A stretch of DNA of 64,000 nt, taken from Podarcis erhardii (lineage: Eukaryota). Of this stretch, positions 23,815 to 38,492 are shown in pieces. The stretch lies in assembly GCA_964252035.1 (NCBI GenBank), contig OZ176200.1. One strand, given 5' to 3'. A model generated the notes under the pieces. The model was not told where the DNA came from. It worked only from the letters and a program-made list of their open reading frames with translations, and ran no database searches. The translations under genes and the position numbers were made by a program. Position 1 is the stretch's first letter. Every line of letters starts with the position of its first letter.

Positions 23815-24865
23815 CTGCAAATCACAGCCAAGTTTAAGATAAAGGAGGGATGACGCTGTAAGCGTTTAGCAGCGTTGCTGGTGCTTTTCGGTCTTTCTTC
23901 TGTTGTGTGTTTTTATCTGTAGCGTGTGGGATGGATTAATCTGCAGCTCTTGCCTGTGCTGGATGACGTCACATCACTTAGTGGCTCCTCCCTTTCCACT
24001 CTTCCACAAAATAGATGTTGTTGCCTCTGTGTTGTACTGATGAGTCTGTGTTCTGCAGAGAGGGAAGGGGCACAAAGTAGGGTTGCCAACTATTTTACAG
24101 GCGCTGTGCTCCTTTTTTTTTTTTAACAGCAGCCCATCAAACAGCAATATAGCATGTCCTGACGTAAGCATACAGTGTATAAAGCTTTGCCCGTTCCTTT
24201 TCCATATGCCAGGTGGTTCCAAAAGGCATTTTGCCATACTAAAGAAATGTGGGAACCTCTCAGAAATGGGAGCTTACGTGCAAAGATTTATTTGTGTGCT
24301 CTGTCTACCCTGCAAGGACAGTGGATTCAGGCACTATTAGTGAAGCAAACCCTAGGAAAAGAGAAAAGGCTGTGTGTGGATCTTATGGCTGTTAGTTGCA
24401 TCTTAGCAATTAACTATTATTCCCACATCTACTAGCTGCCCCTGCCTCCCCAATTGGGTCTTTGGGAGCCTCCTGTGATTTACAGCCAGTTGCTTTATCC
24501 AAAAGACCTCGGGGGGCTGCTAGTGAATCCTATTCTTGTAGGCTGAGTAAGCGCTACAACTAAATCTTCCCTGCGAGGGGGGACTGTCATTCTCTTTGCT
24601 CCTCTTTTAACAACGGCACCTTTGTTTGCCTTTCTGCTTCAGTAGCAGCGCTTCCCATAGCAATGGCAGCCAGCCTTACACTGTACGCTGCCACTGAGAG
24701 CATTTGGCTGGCTTCTTCGAATTATCAGTGCGGGCTCTGGGAGCATCAGCTATGTTGAGGGGCAATTCCTCTGAAAGTGCCCGTTTCCTGTATCCATCTC
24801 ATTCTCCTGGAGCAGGAGTGTGCATGGACCTTAGAATAAAATCTAAGAAAAAACAATGGAGAATA

Positions 24866-24887
24866 GTGTGTGTGTGTGTGTGTGTGT
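24866..24887. repeat. (GT)n microsatellite
   Basis: Read directly. Confidence 0.9.
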
Positions 24888-25030
24888 ATGGATAGCACCT
24901 TCGTGCTGCTATGTATGGGAGTGTGTGTGAGTAGGGAGTTTATAGGGAACCCTGTTGGTGGAAAGGGAAACAAATTCAGGATAGGTGTGTGCTTTTTGCT
25001 CCTGATGCAGCACTGTCCCCAGTTTCAGCA

Positions 25031-25150
25031 AATAATAATAATGATAATAATAATGATGATGATTTATTATTAATACCCCGCCCATCTGGCTGGGTTTCCC
25101 GAGCCACTCTGGGTGGCTTCCAACAGAATATTAAAATACAATAGTCTATT
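25031..25150 (-). mobile_element. L2 LINE 3' end, short copy
   Basis: Near-identical to 4330-4400, with a degenerate (AAT/GAT)n tail. Confidence 0.75.
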
Positions 25151-26326
25151 GAAGCAAATGGGACTGGCCATGTGGCTGCTGCTCACAGCGGCATTGTAGG
25201 GTTGGGTAATGTTGTTGGGGCAGCAGCCACAAGCAGTCCTACCCACGTCATTCCCTTCTTTTAAGCATAATCAGGACCGCGCCACTGCTAGCAGTGTAGA
25301 CCAACTGGCTTTTAAAAGTGCCAATGCAATACAGTAGTCAAAACTGCTGGCATTAAGCAAGTACAGATTGTGCAAATTGTGAATGGTTTGGTAGGTTGCT
25401 GTAGTCTGGAAATCTAGCACAGCTGGGGAGGTGTGATTTTAAAGAGCTAAGGGACCTCCAGGGTAGAAGGGGGGCGGGAAGAGGAGCAGTGCCTGCTTAT
25501 TGTTTTTGCTGCTGCTTTTTTATTTAAAAAACCTGGAAGGTTATACCACTAGCAAACACAATAGATTTGCCTCCTGTGGACAGCAGAAATTGGTAGCATG
25601 TGGGGCAAAGGAGTCGCCAGCTGGATCTACACTGATCTGGAAAACACTATAAAAATATAGCTCTCAATGCAATTTCACATGGGCAACACTACAGCGCCCT
25701 GTTGTCCCATTTTTATAACACATTTTTCACATTATAACTCACCAGTATAGAAGAGGCTGAGGTCAGTTTGAAGAGGTTGGGAGAATGAATGAAGCCTGGG
25801 TCTCAGGGAAAATTAGTGGCACGTGACAGCCAACCAGCATTAGCATCTAACCCTGCTGCCATCCTGTCTTGTGTGTGTTTTTTAAAAATAATAATCCATA
25901 CCCTCATTTTCATCCTAAGAAAAAGCATCTGATGCAGATTCATGGTGGCCCCAAAGTTTGGTCCTTCAGTGGCAGAACCCTGGTGTGGAAGCAGCTCCCC
26001 ACCCGATTCTCTCTATACAGGAGAAATCTGATGGAAGCTTTTGCTATGCAAGGAAATTGCGAGATTGCTTCCACAGCAGAACCCTTTTCATACCTAGATC
26101 CGTAACCCTGAATAATGCAGTAGGCAGAAGTTCCATATTAGTAATAGTCAGTGAAGAGAGAGACCCATCAGTGCTGTTCTGCTCGGCTCTCTTGGGAGCT
26201 TAAACAGTCCCTTTTTCTCTTTTGCTTCAAGCTGCTTTGATTGGCTACCAGCAGGACTCTTTCCTTGTCTAGATCCAGAGGCACAGCCTAGCCCGCTTCT
26301 GACACCTTCCTGCTTCTTCCCCGCAG

Positions 26327-26436
26327 ATCTTAGAAACCAGCCCTACAGACGAGCCGATGCGGTGAGGAGAAGCGTGAGGCGGCGTTTTGATGATCAGAAT
26401 TTACGCACTCTCAACGGTGCTGAAATAGCCATGTGA
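26327..26436 (+). CDS. FMNL2: FMNL2 last coding exon (DLRNQPYRRADAVRRSVRRRFDDQNLRTLNGAEIAM*)
   Basis: ccgcag acceptor, phase 1, TGA at 26434-26436; basic DAD tail. Confidence 0.95.
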
Positions 26437-28790
26437 GCTGGATTGGGAGAACGTGCATGTGTAAAGTAGAACGTGTGCTTGACTGATTCCTTGCCATGTG
26501 AACTATATTTGCGCTACCATTCTAATTGTGGACTTTATTGCAGTACATTAACTTATCTTCTGAAGGGCTCAATAACAACAGCAAACACATAGGAACACAG
26601 AGGGAAAAAATACGGGGGGGGGGGGAGAGATGAGCTCTCCACTCAACTGTAACTACCAAGTGCCTAAAATTCAATTACCTGCTCAAATTAATCAAAGCAA
26701 TAGGACTTTATTTGATTGGGTATTGTTTTACACCAATAAATTTGTTCAGTGTTTTTAACCAAAATGTAAAATACATATTGTATTTTTGTTTTGTTTTGTT
26801 ACATACCATTTAGTGAATAGCCTTCAGTGGGCTTTCTTGATCTCATGACTTGTAAATAGGTAATACTTGGAAGTGATCCACTGTGGATTTTTTTTAATGA
26901 TTTCAATACATTCCTCCTGGACAGTTTGACTTAGTTTTGAGATTCTGTTGCACTTATTATGATGATGATGTATGCATACACCTTCATATGCATATGTAAG
27001 GACTTACCATATACGAAGGGGAGAAACTCATTAAATTGTACCCTTTTAAGAAGAATGCATTCCTCTTAAGGGTGGGGAAAACATCCAGAAAACAGAAGTT
27101 GATGTAGATGTGATTACATTTTACAAAGGGTTAAACTTAACTGGCATAAGAAAGGCTTGGATAGTGGGGTTTTGGCTGTAAATAGGATGTGATAACATGT
27201 GGCTTATTTTAAATACACAGCTACCTGCTTTCAGATTCTACCTGCTATATACCAGTTGGTAGTGAAGTTGAAGTGAGGAGGTATAGCTCATAGAACACAA
27301 TGCAAACACAGAAGAATCATGGATGAAATTCCACCACTGTTTTCTACAGGTAGAGGCAGCTTTTGGGTAACAATGTTATTTATTAATTAGCACTAAGATA
27401 TTAACTTCTCAGTAATCAGTATTATAATTCCTGAGGACCACAACTGTTCAGTTGTCAGAATAATGAAAATCTGGTGCCCTGCCGAAAAATTAGGATACCC
27501 TCCATAAATAAGCTTGTACCTCCATTCCACAAGAAATTCTGCCATGCGACAATCCAGGTTGGCTCATAAAGTAAGAGCTGTCTCTCAGCTGAAATGTAGC
27601 TAGTTAACGAAACAGTTGTATCACTGCATACATTCTCAAACCTGAAATAGATTTTTTTTATCCCAGTTCAGATCTGCTGATGGATGCAGCATCTACAAGA
27701 AGTGTAAGTCAGATGTGTAGTTGGAAATTGTAAATGTATTTGCACTTCATTTCTTCCAAACATGTGGGTTTAATAGGGAACGCACAAGCTGTTGAACGCT
27801 ACAGTGCACAGATGACGTTCTCATTTTAGAAATGCATCTGCCTTGCACTTGTGGCTATCCTTTCCAGATTAGAGTGCTTGTATTTCAAATTTTAACCAGT
27901 TGAAACATTTAAAGCAAAGTTTTAATTACCAAGAGCGGCCATTGCCAACCCCACCTATTGCTTACAAGGCAGGGCACTTGATTTTCTCTCCCAAGACAAA
28001 AATCAGACTAAAGTTAAGGGACATCCTGCTTACAGCTTTCCTTTCCTGGTAGCACTGCATCACTGTTAATTGTAAAATTTATTGTATAGTATTTAACCAC
28101 TGAATTATTTTCTTTTTTGTTGTGCTTATGTGAACCACTGGTAAAGGTCCCATATTCCTTTAATAATGTGTAGTTATATGATAATGTTTCTAAATGTACA
28201 GATATTTTGCTACAAATTTGGTGCTTTTTATGGTTTTTACACTTCTCTTTAATTCCCACTCTAGCCTCGGGGTAATATTGTAAATATTGTTTAAAAATGC
28301 ATCGGCCTGTGCTATACAATCTGAATGTTATTTTAACTTATAGTTTTGTTTTTTTATATTTAACTAAATGGACAGTTTGGGGCTCAAAAGTTATTACATT
28401 GACATTTGCTTAACTATTTACAGAGAAGTTTATTTTAAACAAACTGCCAATTGTTCTCTCAATTTACAGCAATGTGTACTTGACATGTTAAAGAGAACAT
28501 GCCACGATTGTGCCATTTTCCTTCGCAGAAAGATGAATGTTTAGGTTTGGGGGAAACAACATTTGGTAATATAATTCAAAAATTTAAGGAGTTATGAGAA
28601 ATCACAGTATGCTAAAAATATTTAGAAAGGAACAATGGGCTGTAATATTGGCATGTTCTCTTCAATATTTTATCTAGTAACAGACCTGCTTCTTAGCAAT
28701 ATTATAGGTGTTTTATAAAAGCAGTTCATGTTACTTTTCTGATCTGTTCATGGCATATGATTGAATAAACTATTTACACTACTACAAATG
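26437..28790 (+). other. FMNL2: FMNL2 3'UTR (about 2.3 kb, AU-rich)
   Basis: Repeat-free AT-rich sequence after the stop; AATAAA at 26735-26740 and 28764-28769. End coordinate approximate. Confidence 0.7.
28764..28769 (+). terminator. Probable distal polyadenylation signal of FMNL2 (AATAAA)
   Basis: ttgAATAAActatttacac at the end of the AT-rich UTR. Confidence 0.65.
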
Positions 28791-30399
28791 ATCCACAGCT
28801 TTTCCTTGTTACTCAGACTGATCTATATGGGGCCATGGAACTATGCAGAGTACAAGGGCTGTGCTAAAACAAGAACCAGAGAGGGCTGCATGTAGGCGTG
28901 AGTTCCTATTGGCACTGGACTTTTTCCACAATGTAGTAGTAATGAGCTATAAACAGGTAACTTCATTACCATGCACTTTCTCCTATAAGGTTAAGAGCAA
29001 ACAACCCTTTTTAAATTAAACGCTGGAAAAATGAAACCTAGTGAGGGGATGAGCGGACTACATAGACTCAGAATGGTAGAATTGGAAAGATCTCCATGTA
29101 ACCATTTGCATTGCTTTACGTTTGCATTTGAACCTATTTGAAGAAGTTTCAAATGATGCAGCTTATATGTATGTTGTTTCTCTTTGAGACGCAGTGGGCA
29201 AAGTTCAAATGTACAAGATATGCAAACTAGAGAAGAAATCAGATTGTAGCAAATAAGATATGGGGCATGACAGTTTGCAGAAATATGAAGAAACTAACTT
29301 TATACTTAAAGCTTTTTATTTTTAATGGAAAAATAAAGACAACGCTTTAAAAAGTAATGTTTACTTAGAAACATGTTTCTTCATGTAAATTATGCAAGGC
29401 GGCAATAAGAAAATATTTTACATAAATATTACTTGCATCAGAGCGGGGAAACTGCTATTCCTTCATAGCTGTTTTAAGTACTGTGACACTTTCCCACCTC
29501 TACACCAGTATGTAGCTGAGTGTGAAACATGATGCGCTACCAATCCATGTACGGCAAACTATGCAATTGGTATGAACAAGTTAACCGTACTTGCAGTTTC
29601 TCAAACAGGAAGCCAAATATGCAATTGTGTTTTTTTTCCCCCTCCTCAACATTAACAAAATACATATTTAAATTCTCTTGTATAAGCAGAGTCCCAAACA
29701 CTATGACAGCAGGAAGTCATAGCACTTTACATTCTCATTCCCCAACACTTACTGCTCTGGAATTTCCTGGACGTTTCACTGCACTCTACCTTAAGCTATA
29801 TAACTAGACAAAATTAGTATGAATAATTTTTCATTAAGAAGTGATCACCATAAAGGAGGGATGATTCATTTTGTTGTGCCTGAGAGTATTCAGAATGCAT
29901 CGTGTACAACCCTGTACTGTTTGATGTCTCCCCCCATACTCTATCAATTGGGGGAGGGGGGAGAGAAGGAAAAATCAGTGAAAATGGCTTCTCTCCAATC
30001 AGCAGAGTTCCCTTATAGGAGTGGCAGTTCCAAGCCACTGTACTGTGAAGCCAACCTTTTACTTGCAAGTAGAGCAAACTGTTACACAAGCGCCATAGAA
30101 ATCTGTAAAACCTAAGGATAACAACATGCCTGCTATATTTGTCCTTATTTCTTAATTTGCATAGTAGAGGCTAAATTCACAAATAAAAAGGCCAATCTTG
30201 AATTACCACCACTATATATTTAAGTATTCCACTTCTGTGCTGTTACAGATCTTTGACAGCTCCTTTCTTTTGTTGCTGTGATTATACATATATTAAAATG
30301 GAAGCACCACACTAGAGTACTTAACTTAACCAGTAACACTGTGTGAGATCAGTAATGTGTTGGCTGTACAGAGCATTTTAAAAAAACAGAAAAAATACT

Positions 30400-31636
30400 A
30401 GTGCACGCTAGAAGACAAGGTTTAATAAGTGATAAAAATGTACAAAAATATTCAAATCAGAAAGATTTTAGAGTCTGTACCACAGTAGTCAATACTCCTC
30501 AATGTATAGGGCTGATAGTTTTAATCAAAGGCTGGTCAGAATCTATTCAGTACAAAGGAAAAAGAACAGAATAAAAGGAGACCAGGTTTTCAACATTAGA
30601 TCAACATCTTTCAAAAGAAAAGTATTACGTTAACATTGATTTTTCTAGACAAGAGTATTGCAACTGCTTTCCAAAACTTGGTGGTACATTCTTCGGAAGT
30701 CCTTAAGGCAACATATTGCATCAATTTAGTCTGATTTTGCTATTTTCTGTAACATTAAGATTAATGCTGAAATAATACCCTTTGCCAATTTGGTTTTTTT
30801 CTTTGTACATATACCAGGTTCTTCTCTAATAAAAAATGGCAGCTATGTTATTACATCAGCATACCTTACAGCCTTGAAAATTAAGGGCCTATTAGGATTT
30901 CCATTAATTAATCTATTTTTCACAGTTTTAAAACTTGACACTAAAAATTCACCTCAGGGTGAAACTCGATATACATTTCAACCTAAAGTCAAAATTCAAT
31001 AGAAACCACCTAAAACATCATTTTGGCCAGCAAGGTAATACACAAAAACCCAATAATGGATTCTGGACTACCATAAATGAAGAAAAAATATTTCCCCCTC
31101 TCTTCTTCCTTTCCCTCCACTTGCAAAATAAAAAAGTAATTAAAAAAATCCAACAGAAGTGGAGCCCAAGAAAATTATAGGAGCATCTTTCTGAACAGAA
31201 CATGTGCACCCCTTACCCACCCCCAGACCTTATTTGACAAGAAAAACAAGTTTAGGCTTTCATAGCAAGAGCTGTTTTATAGACACAAGAGGCCCGAAAG
31301 GCTCAAGCACTTTTCCAAGCCGCTATTGAAAGGGCTCAAAAATAAAAAGATTTTCTGTTCATCCTAATGTGCTCTTTGAAGAATGCCAAGGTGCATGGGG
31401 TATATATACAGGCTGCCTAGCTTATTAGAAGCAGAACTTCAGCTTGAATTCTGAATGTTCACCGTCTTTGACAATTTACTGCCAGGCACACAATGATATT
31501 ATTTGAAATATTTAGTTATGCAGTAGAACTGAAAAGCCATTGCTATGCCAATGGAACATTGGAATCCATTTCCTGAAATGAATCATCTATATTTCTTATT
31601 AAATCACATTGTAAACATATTTGGTATAAATACTTT
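30400..31636 (-). other. PRPF40A: PRPF40A 3'UTR (end approximate)
   Basis: AT-rich, repeat-free; minus-strand ATTAAA at 30421-30426 preceded by U-rich/UGUA sequence; another AATAAA on - at 29315-29320. Confidence 0.5.
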
Positions 31637-31786
<150 letters not shown>

Positions 31787-32707
31787 TCATTGTAGTTATT
31801 TTGAACATTTCAGTATTTATTAAGAACTGCAGTTTGGCCATCACTAGACAACCTAAGATTTCATACTAAAAATCACTTGAAACTCTCAAACTATACGATT
31901 TTAGCACCACTGGTAAATTACAGGCCTCAGGCCTATTTACTGACCAAATTCAAATAACTACTTTTAAGTGCACCCAATATATTTCTTTTAATTGCTTTTT
32001 CATTTGACTGGCTGGCACTGCTCCCTCAAGAAAAGTCAAAATTGATCAAGGACATTGTGTAGTCACACTTCCAGGCAGACAGTAACTTTAGTGGTGAACA
32101 ACATACTGAGAACAAAGGAGAAGGATGCACTCTTCCAGGTTACGATGCTACAGCAATGTTATCTAAAGTTATATGCTGTCCTTTTAATCCACATTCAGTA
32201 AGTCAAATGTAAAGAGAGAAGAAATGACATGTTCCACCACTATGAACAGAAATCCCATATAAAATGTTGATATAACTAGTGTCTGAACAAAAGATGCTTG
32301 AGGAATCTGATCTTTCTGAAGTTGAAAGTAACTTAATCTGAACTCCGAATAAACATGGGAGTCTCTTAGTGCCTTCTTCACAGAAAAGCTATGCCCAAAG
32401 TGATTTAGGTCCAGGGGGCTAAATCCTAGTGTTAAATCTTCAAAAAGGAGTTGGATGTACTCATCAGATGCCTCAGTAATCGCAGGGAGGAAGGGGAATT
32501 GCTCATACTGTATTCTAAACCCTAACTGGACTTCCAGAACAGAGTTCAGCTTAGTGCAAAGCCAAGTGGCTTGATCGTTTTGCTGTTCTCAGTGGATTTT
32601 CAATAGTACTGTTAACTTGAAGGTACTGAGTTAACTACACATCACCACCTTGAGTAAATACATATAGTATCAGTGGCTGGTGGTCACTGTAAATTCTAAG
32701 GCTTATA

Positions 32708-32933
32708 CAGTGGTACCTTGGGTTACATACGCTTCTGGTTACAGACTCTGCTAACCCAGAAATATTACCTCGGGTTAAGAACTTTGCTTCAGGATAAGAA
32801 CAGAAATTGTGCGGTGGTGGTGCGGCTGCAGCGGGAGGCCCCATTAGCTAAAGTGGTGCTTCAGGTTAAGAACAGTTTCAGGTTAAGAACGGACCTCCGG
32901 AACGAATTAAGTTCTTAACCCGAGGTACCACTG
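32708..32933. mobile_element. Tc1/mariner MITE, 226 bp, same family, opposite orientation
   Basis: TA|CAGTGGTACC...GGTACCACTG|TA; reverse complement of 5872-6097. Confidence 0.9.
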
Positions 32934-33639
32934 TACAAGAGATGTGTATTAGCTAGAAACAGTTCTGGAGACCAAACAATAGTTTGTTATGCTTGAACCA
33001 CAATAACTTAGTCCCATTAAGCCATTATGATCCATAGTTGCCACTCTATTGAGAATTAGCAGAGCCAATAATCTATATTGTAATTGGGCCAGGCAAAAGC
33101 CAGCAAAACTTAAATGCGGATCATTAAATTCTAGCATTTAGGTCTTCAGCTACAGCTAATAAGCTCTCAAGAAATTTTGTGGATGAAGAGAAGATATAAT
33201 GTTACACTTTAGTCCATGCTTCCTTATACAAGCTTGGTGTTTAAAGGAAGGCTATAAACTTGAAAGGCCAAAACAAAACTACAGCTATACAAAATGACCT
33301 CTTGGGCCAATGTGTGTATCAGTTATCCACCAATTTGTTCTTTTCCAAATGTTGTGATAGCTTTGGCAGCTTATATGTATCAAAATACATCTGTGGCTGT
33401 CCAGATAATGGAATATAGCTCCCATCACTGCAGATGACTGGCCATGCTGGCTGGGCTGATTGGCATCCAACATCATCTGGAGGGCCCCAGGTTTTTTAAA
33501 AAATTGCAGCATAACTATTATGGGTAAAAAACAAGCAACAGTGACACCGATCAGAAATAGCAGATCCTTCCACCTTTAGACCACACAACCACTAATCTAC
33601 TGGTAAGATAGTTAACACAATAAAGCCAAGCAAACTCAC

Positions 33640-33768
33640 AGAATCTTTGCCAGGTCGCTTTTTAGGAGGTGATTTATGCTTAGATTCAGATCTTTGCCTA
33701 CTTCTTTCCTTTTCATTTTCTCTCTCCTTTTTGTCTTTTTCTCGATCCACATCCGATTCTGGAGAATC
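33640..33768 (-). CDS. PRPF40A: PRPF40A exon ([13 protein letters not shown]...RPGKDS)
   Basis: tacag acceptor, TCT|gtgagt donor, 129 nt. Confidence 0.94.
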
Positions 33769-34447
33769 CTGTACAGAGTAAGATAAACAGTATAAATCAA
33801 GGATGCACAGAGAATACACTGTAGAAGGGTGGGGCCAATGGGAATCTACCTCTAGTTCCACAAGAGTCTTTCTATATCCCAAGCCTGTGTTTCAATCAGT
33901 TCTCATTACCACACAACAGTCTGGTGAAGACAGGCAGGAATTTCAACCTGAGTCTTCCATGTTCAAAATATTAACTTTCAAAATCATGACTGAACATTTA
34001 AAGAGACTTAACCTAGCTCTTACTCATGCCAACTGGCTGCAAGTCTTAACTGGTATGGGGGGGGACTCGTCTACCTGCAAGGCTTCTAACTGTACATCAT
34101 ATTCATAGCACAGAAATTATGTGCAAGTGAAGCACAACAAACTGGATTCAGACTTTCTGGCTCAGGAGAAGTATCTGGCAGCTTGTGAGCTTTCAGGACA
34201 GGAAACTTCAGTGATACAGAATGCTTTAACTTTCAAGAATTCAGTTAGGAAGGAAGACAACTACTACTATTTAGGGATTTTTTTAAAAGAAAAAAATGGC
34301 TGTACCAAATGTACAGTCACACAATTCACATTCAAATAATAAAATAGCACACTGTTGTTAAATTTTATTAAGTGCGCCTTAATTCTTCGTTTCACAGATA
34401 GATGAGTGGGGTGGGGGGAGAACAGTGCCAAACTGAGGTATACTCAC

Positions 34448-34509
34448 AGACTTGTGTCTCCTCTTTTTGTTCTTCTTTTTGTGTTTCTTTGATTTCTTGT
34501 AGCTTCTCT
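34448..34509 (-). CDS. PRPF40A: PRPF40A exon (ERSYKKSKKHKKKNKKRRHKS)
   Basis: aatag acceptor, gtgagt donor, 62 nt phase 1-0. Confidence 0.92.
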
Positions 34510-34603
34510 CTATTAATGCATTAGAATTAAATAGGTATCAGGGTTATTTAAGTTGATAACTGCTAAATCTCTATTTTGTTAGGTAAGATTTTTTTTTAAG
34601 TAC

Positions 34604-34700
34604 CAGATTCCGCGCTGGAGGAGCGTTCGGAGACTGATCGAGAGTCTGAGCGTTGCCTCTTTTTCTTTGAATGACTGTCATCATCCTCAGATTCTGAACC
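34604..34700 (-). CDS. PRPF40A: PRPF40A exon ([32 protein letters not shown])
   Basis: taaag acceptor, G|gtactt donor, 97 nt phase 0-1. Confidence 0.92.
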
Positions 34701-34788
34701 CTTTAAAGCAAGAGTATTTGACATGTAACATTAGTTTTTAAAGGCTGGGTGGTAAAAAGAACCAACTGAATACTGCACTCTACCTTAC

Positions 34789-34875
34789 CGAACGAGAGCG
34801 AGACCTTTTTCTGTGATGTTTTTTTGATTTTTTAGAATGCTTCTTGTTCTTTGAATGATGGTGTTGACACTCATG
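34789..34875 (-). CDS. PRPF40A: PRPF40A exon ([29 protein letters not shown])
   Basis: tgcag acceptor, gtaagg donor, 87 nt. Confidence 0.94.
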
Positions 34876-35970
34876 CTGCAGCATTGAAAGAATAAAAATT
34901 ACTCATTTGAAAGAGTAAGCATGCGTTTTGTTAAATTTTTTGCTACACAAATACAGTATGTATAGTGTATCTCTTTAAGTCTCTATTCTGAAATACTTCC
35001 TCTATATACTTTTATTTTGAAACTGCACTGCATGCCTTTTTGGACACTGGCTTTTACTGGCTTTGCAAAGCCACACTTGTTCATACTCTTCCATCTTCTT
35101 AACAGCAAATGAGATTTTGGAAACACAGGATACTTCTTGCAAAGAAATATGTTTGGGAGGTATGAATTACAACATTTAAAGAGCAGTTCCAACAGTGGGA
35201 GGGCTGACATCTTCATGTAATCCTTCCTGATGATGAATACACTACCAGTGTTTAGGTTATTAAAAATAGAATCTAATGAAAAAGATGCCAACCGTTAAAA
35301 TTAATTACAGATCACTCTCAGACAGGAAGCTAATGTCCCCATAAATATATTCTACAAAGCTATGCTTTCAATAGTATTTTGTGTCCAGGCAAATGCTGAC
35401 ACCTACTGCTAAATATTTTAGGGACAGCATCCTTCTGTTATTTGGACCCCAGATGAAGCCAGAATGAAATTGATCCAAGCTGGGCTGCCATCACCCTTTC
35501 AAGCACCTTGCCACAGTATTCCCCAATCAGTGATAGTTGTTAAATAAATAACTTGGTTCAGTGATGCCCCCTTAAGGATGGCTGGAACTTGCTCCTGCCC
35601 CAGTGAGACGTTATTCTCTTTGGTCCCAACCCAGCTAATCCCCTTTGGCTCACTCTAATAAGCAAGCTGGGCAAGGCCTTTTGTACTCCAAAACCTTTGG
35701 AGAGCACCAGATTGGAGAAAGGCGGCTTTAGTTCATGAGTTGTCCAAGGAAAAAATTGGGAAAGGGTGTCCACAAGAAAAGGGAATACCTCACCAACTTT
35801 TGGCTCTGGCTCCCACCCACCACTTGCATGCAGGCGCCAACAGATTTTCACTAAGAGATACAGGAAGAAAAGGTTCTCCAATTCTATTGTAGGGGATCAG
35901 TTCAATAAGTTAAGTTTTTAAAAATCTGTTTCAAATCTATCAGACAATGCTCTTATCATAATATCGTTAC

Positions 35971-36066
35971 CTCTAGTAAATAAATGAAATCTTTGAATAT
36001 TCTTTTTCTTTCTGATTCTAGAGTGATGTCTTCAAATGCTGGTTCTTTCACAAACCTTTCCCGAAT
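35971..36066 (-). CDS. PRPF40A: PRPF40A FF-domain exon ([32 protein letters not shown])
   Basis: tatag acceptor, GAG|gtaacg donor, 96 nt. Confidence 0.94.
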
Positions 36067-36785
36067 CTATATATAAGAGAAGAATTATGTATATGGTTTA
36101 GCCAGCAACTTCAATTTATAAAATAAAAATGTTCTGTATACAAATTACTTTGTTTTTCCAAAAAAAGATCAGACTACGGCTCAATACAATCTACTAGCTA
36201 AAAGTATTGTGTTCATAAAAACCAGATCAAATAATGATGAAACACACTCCTGCTGATATTCTTAGCATGGCTGAATCTTAGCCAAGATCCCATGGTAAAG
36301 ACAGAAACGTGAGGTGCTTTATGTATGATGCTTATAAAGGTTAAGAATTTAGACCCCACATCATTTTTTTTCAGAAATGCCTTCCAGTGTTCTCATTGAA
36401 CATAATCCAAAGCTTTTCCAATCATCAAATATTCATACTGTGCCAAGTGGGATTAATTCTTCCTTGACTTCTAAAAGAGTACCCTGTATAAAAACCTGTC
36501 TGATCCATGTTTGGAATATCTGATGCCACAATTTTAAATGTGAGAAAACATTCAAAAGTGCATTTCATTCCAAAATGTATCTATTATCTCTGCTCTTAAA
36601 CGGGACCTTTTTGCATCCTCCTGGGAAGACACCCCACAGCCCCACCCCATGACCACTTGAGTTAAAATCCTTCAATTTATCTCCCTGCAAGCACTTCACC
36701 TATTTTATTATTCCATTTACAGTCTTTCTAATTTCATTTAAAAGAAATTGTACGTAGATTGATACATTTAACTATTATAGGTCTA

Positions 36786-37055
<270 letters not shown>

Positions 37056-37693
37056 CTACATGAAAACGAAACCAAGTGACCATTCAATGTAAGGGCAATG
37101 GAAAAAAGGGAAAACAACCAAATCCCATTTTGCAAGGGAGTACTTTTCTCATCACTTGCTGTGCATGTGTCACATATAATGGTGGTTCAGACGCACCACC
37201 AAATCATGTGATTGAACCTAATGTGATCCATTCATGAGTAGAACAGACTTCCCACTCACTATGTAGGACTTTGCCTTCCTCTCTTTTCACTTGAGCACCT
37301 CCAGAATCCCCTCTGGGGAGTCCCTCAATCATCTGGAGCTTATCTGGGGTGTGTGTGTAGGAAGGAGAAGAGGAAGTCATGTTGCATGAGTGGAGGTCTT
37401 TTCATGCAACATTTGGCACCACCCATGATTTGGATTCTATAAATGACTAACAGGGCAAATTCTGATACATCATAGTTTGCCACTAAACTTTGATTGAAAC
37501 TTATCTGAGTGGAGGAGGTAGGATGCAAGCCTGAGGCTCCTCAACTGTGATTTGCTTTTAGGTCTAAACAGCCCCATCAATTCCACACTTTTCCACCTAT
37601 CATCATTAAGTTGATATTCTAGCAGTTGACTATACAGATACTACATACTTATTTGCAGACTTGTAAACATTTTATCAAGTCTTCTTAACATTA

Positions 37694-37888
<195 letters not shown>

Positions 37889-37928
37889 TTACAACATGAC
37901 AGTGTGGATTCCCAGCTCAAGGTATCTA

Positions 37929-38099
<171 letters not shown>

Positions 38100-38210
38100 C
38101 TACATTGGTCAAAACCTCCCGCTTACCCAAGAGTTGCATTTCTTATTACATTAGTAACCCTGCTTCTATCTACCAAAAATGCACAAGCATTACCTCCATC
38201 TTATTTTCTA

Positions 38211-38480
<270 letters not shown>

Positions 38481-38492
38481 CTAGCATACCTC

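Noticed and set aside
23517-23853. ORFs spanning X residues
   Set aside because: Artefacts of the N gap.
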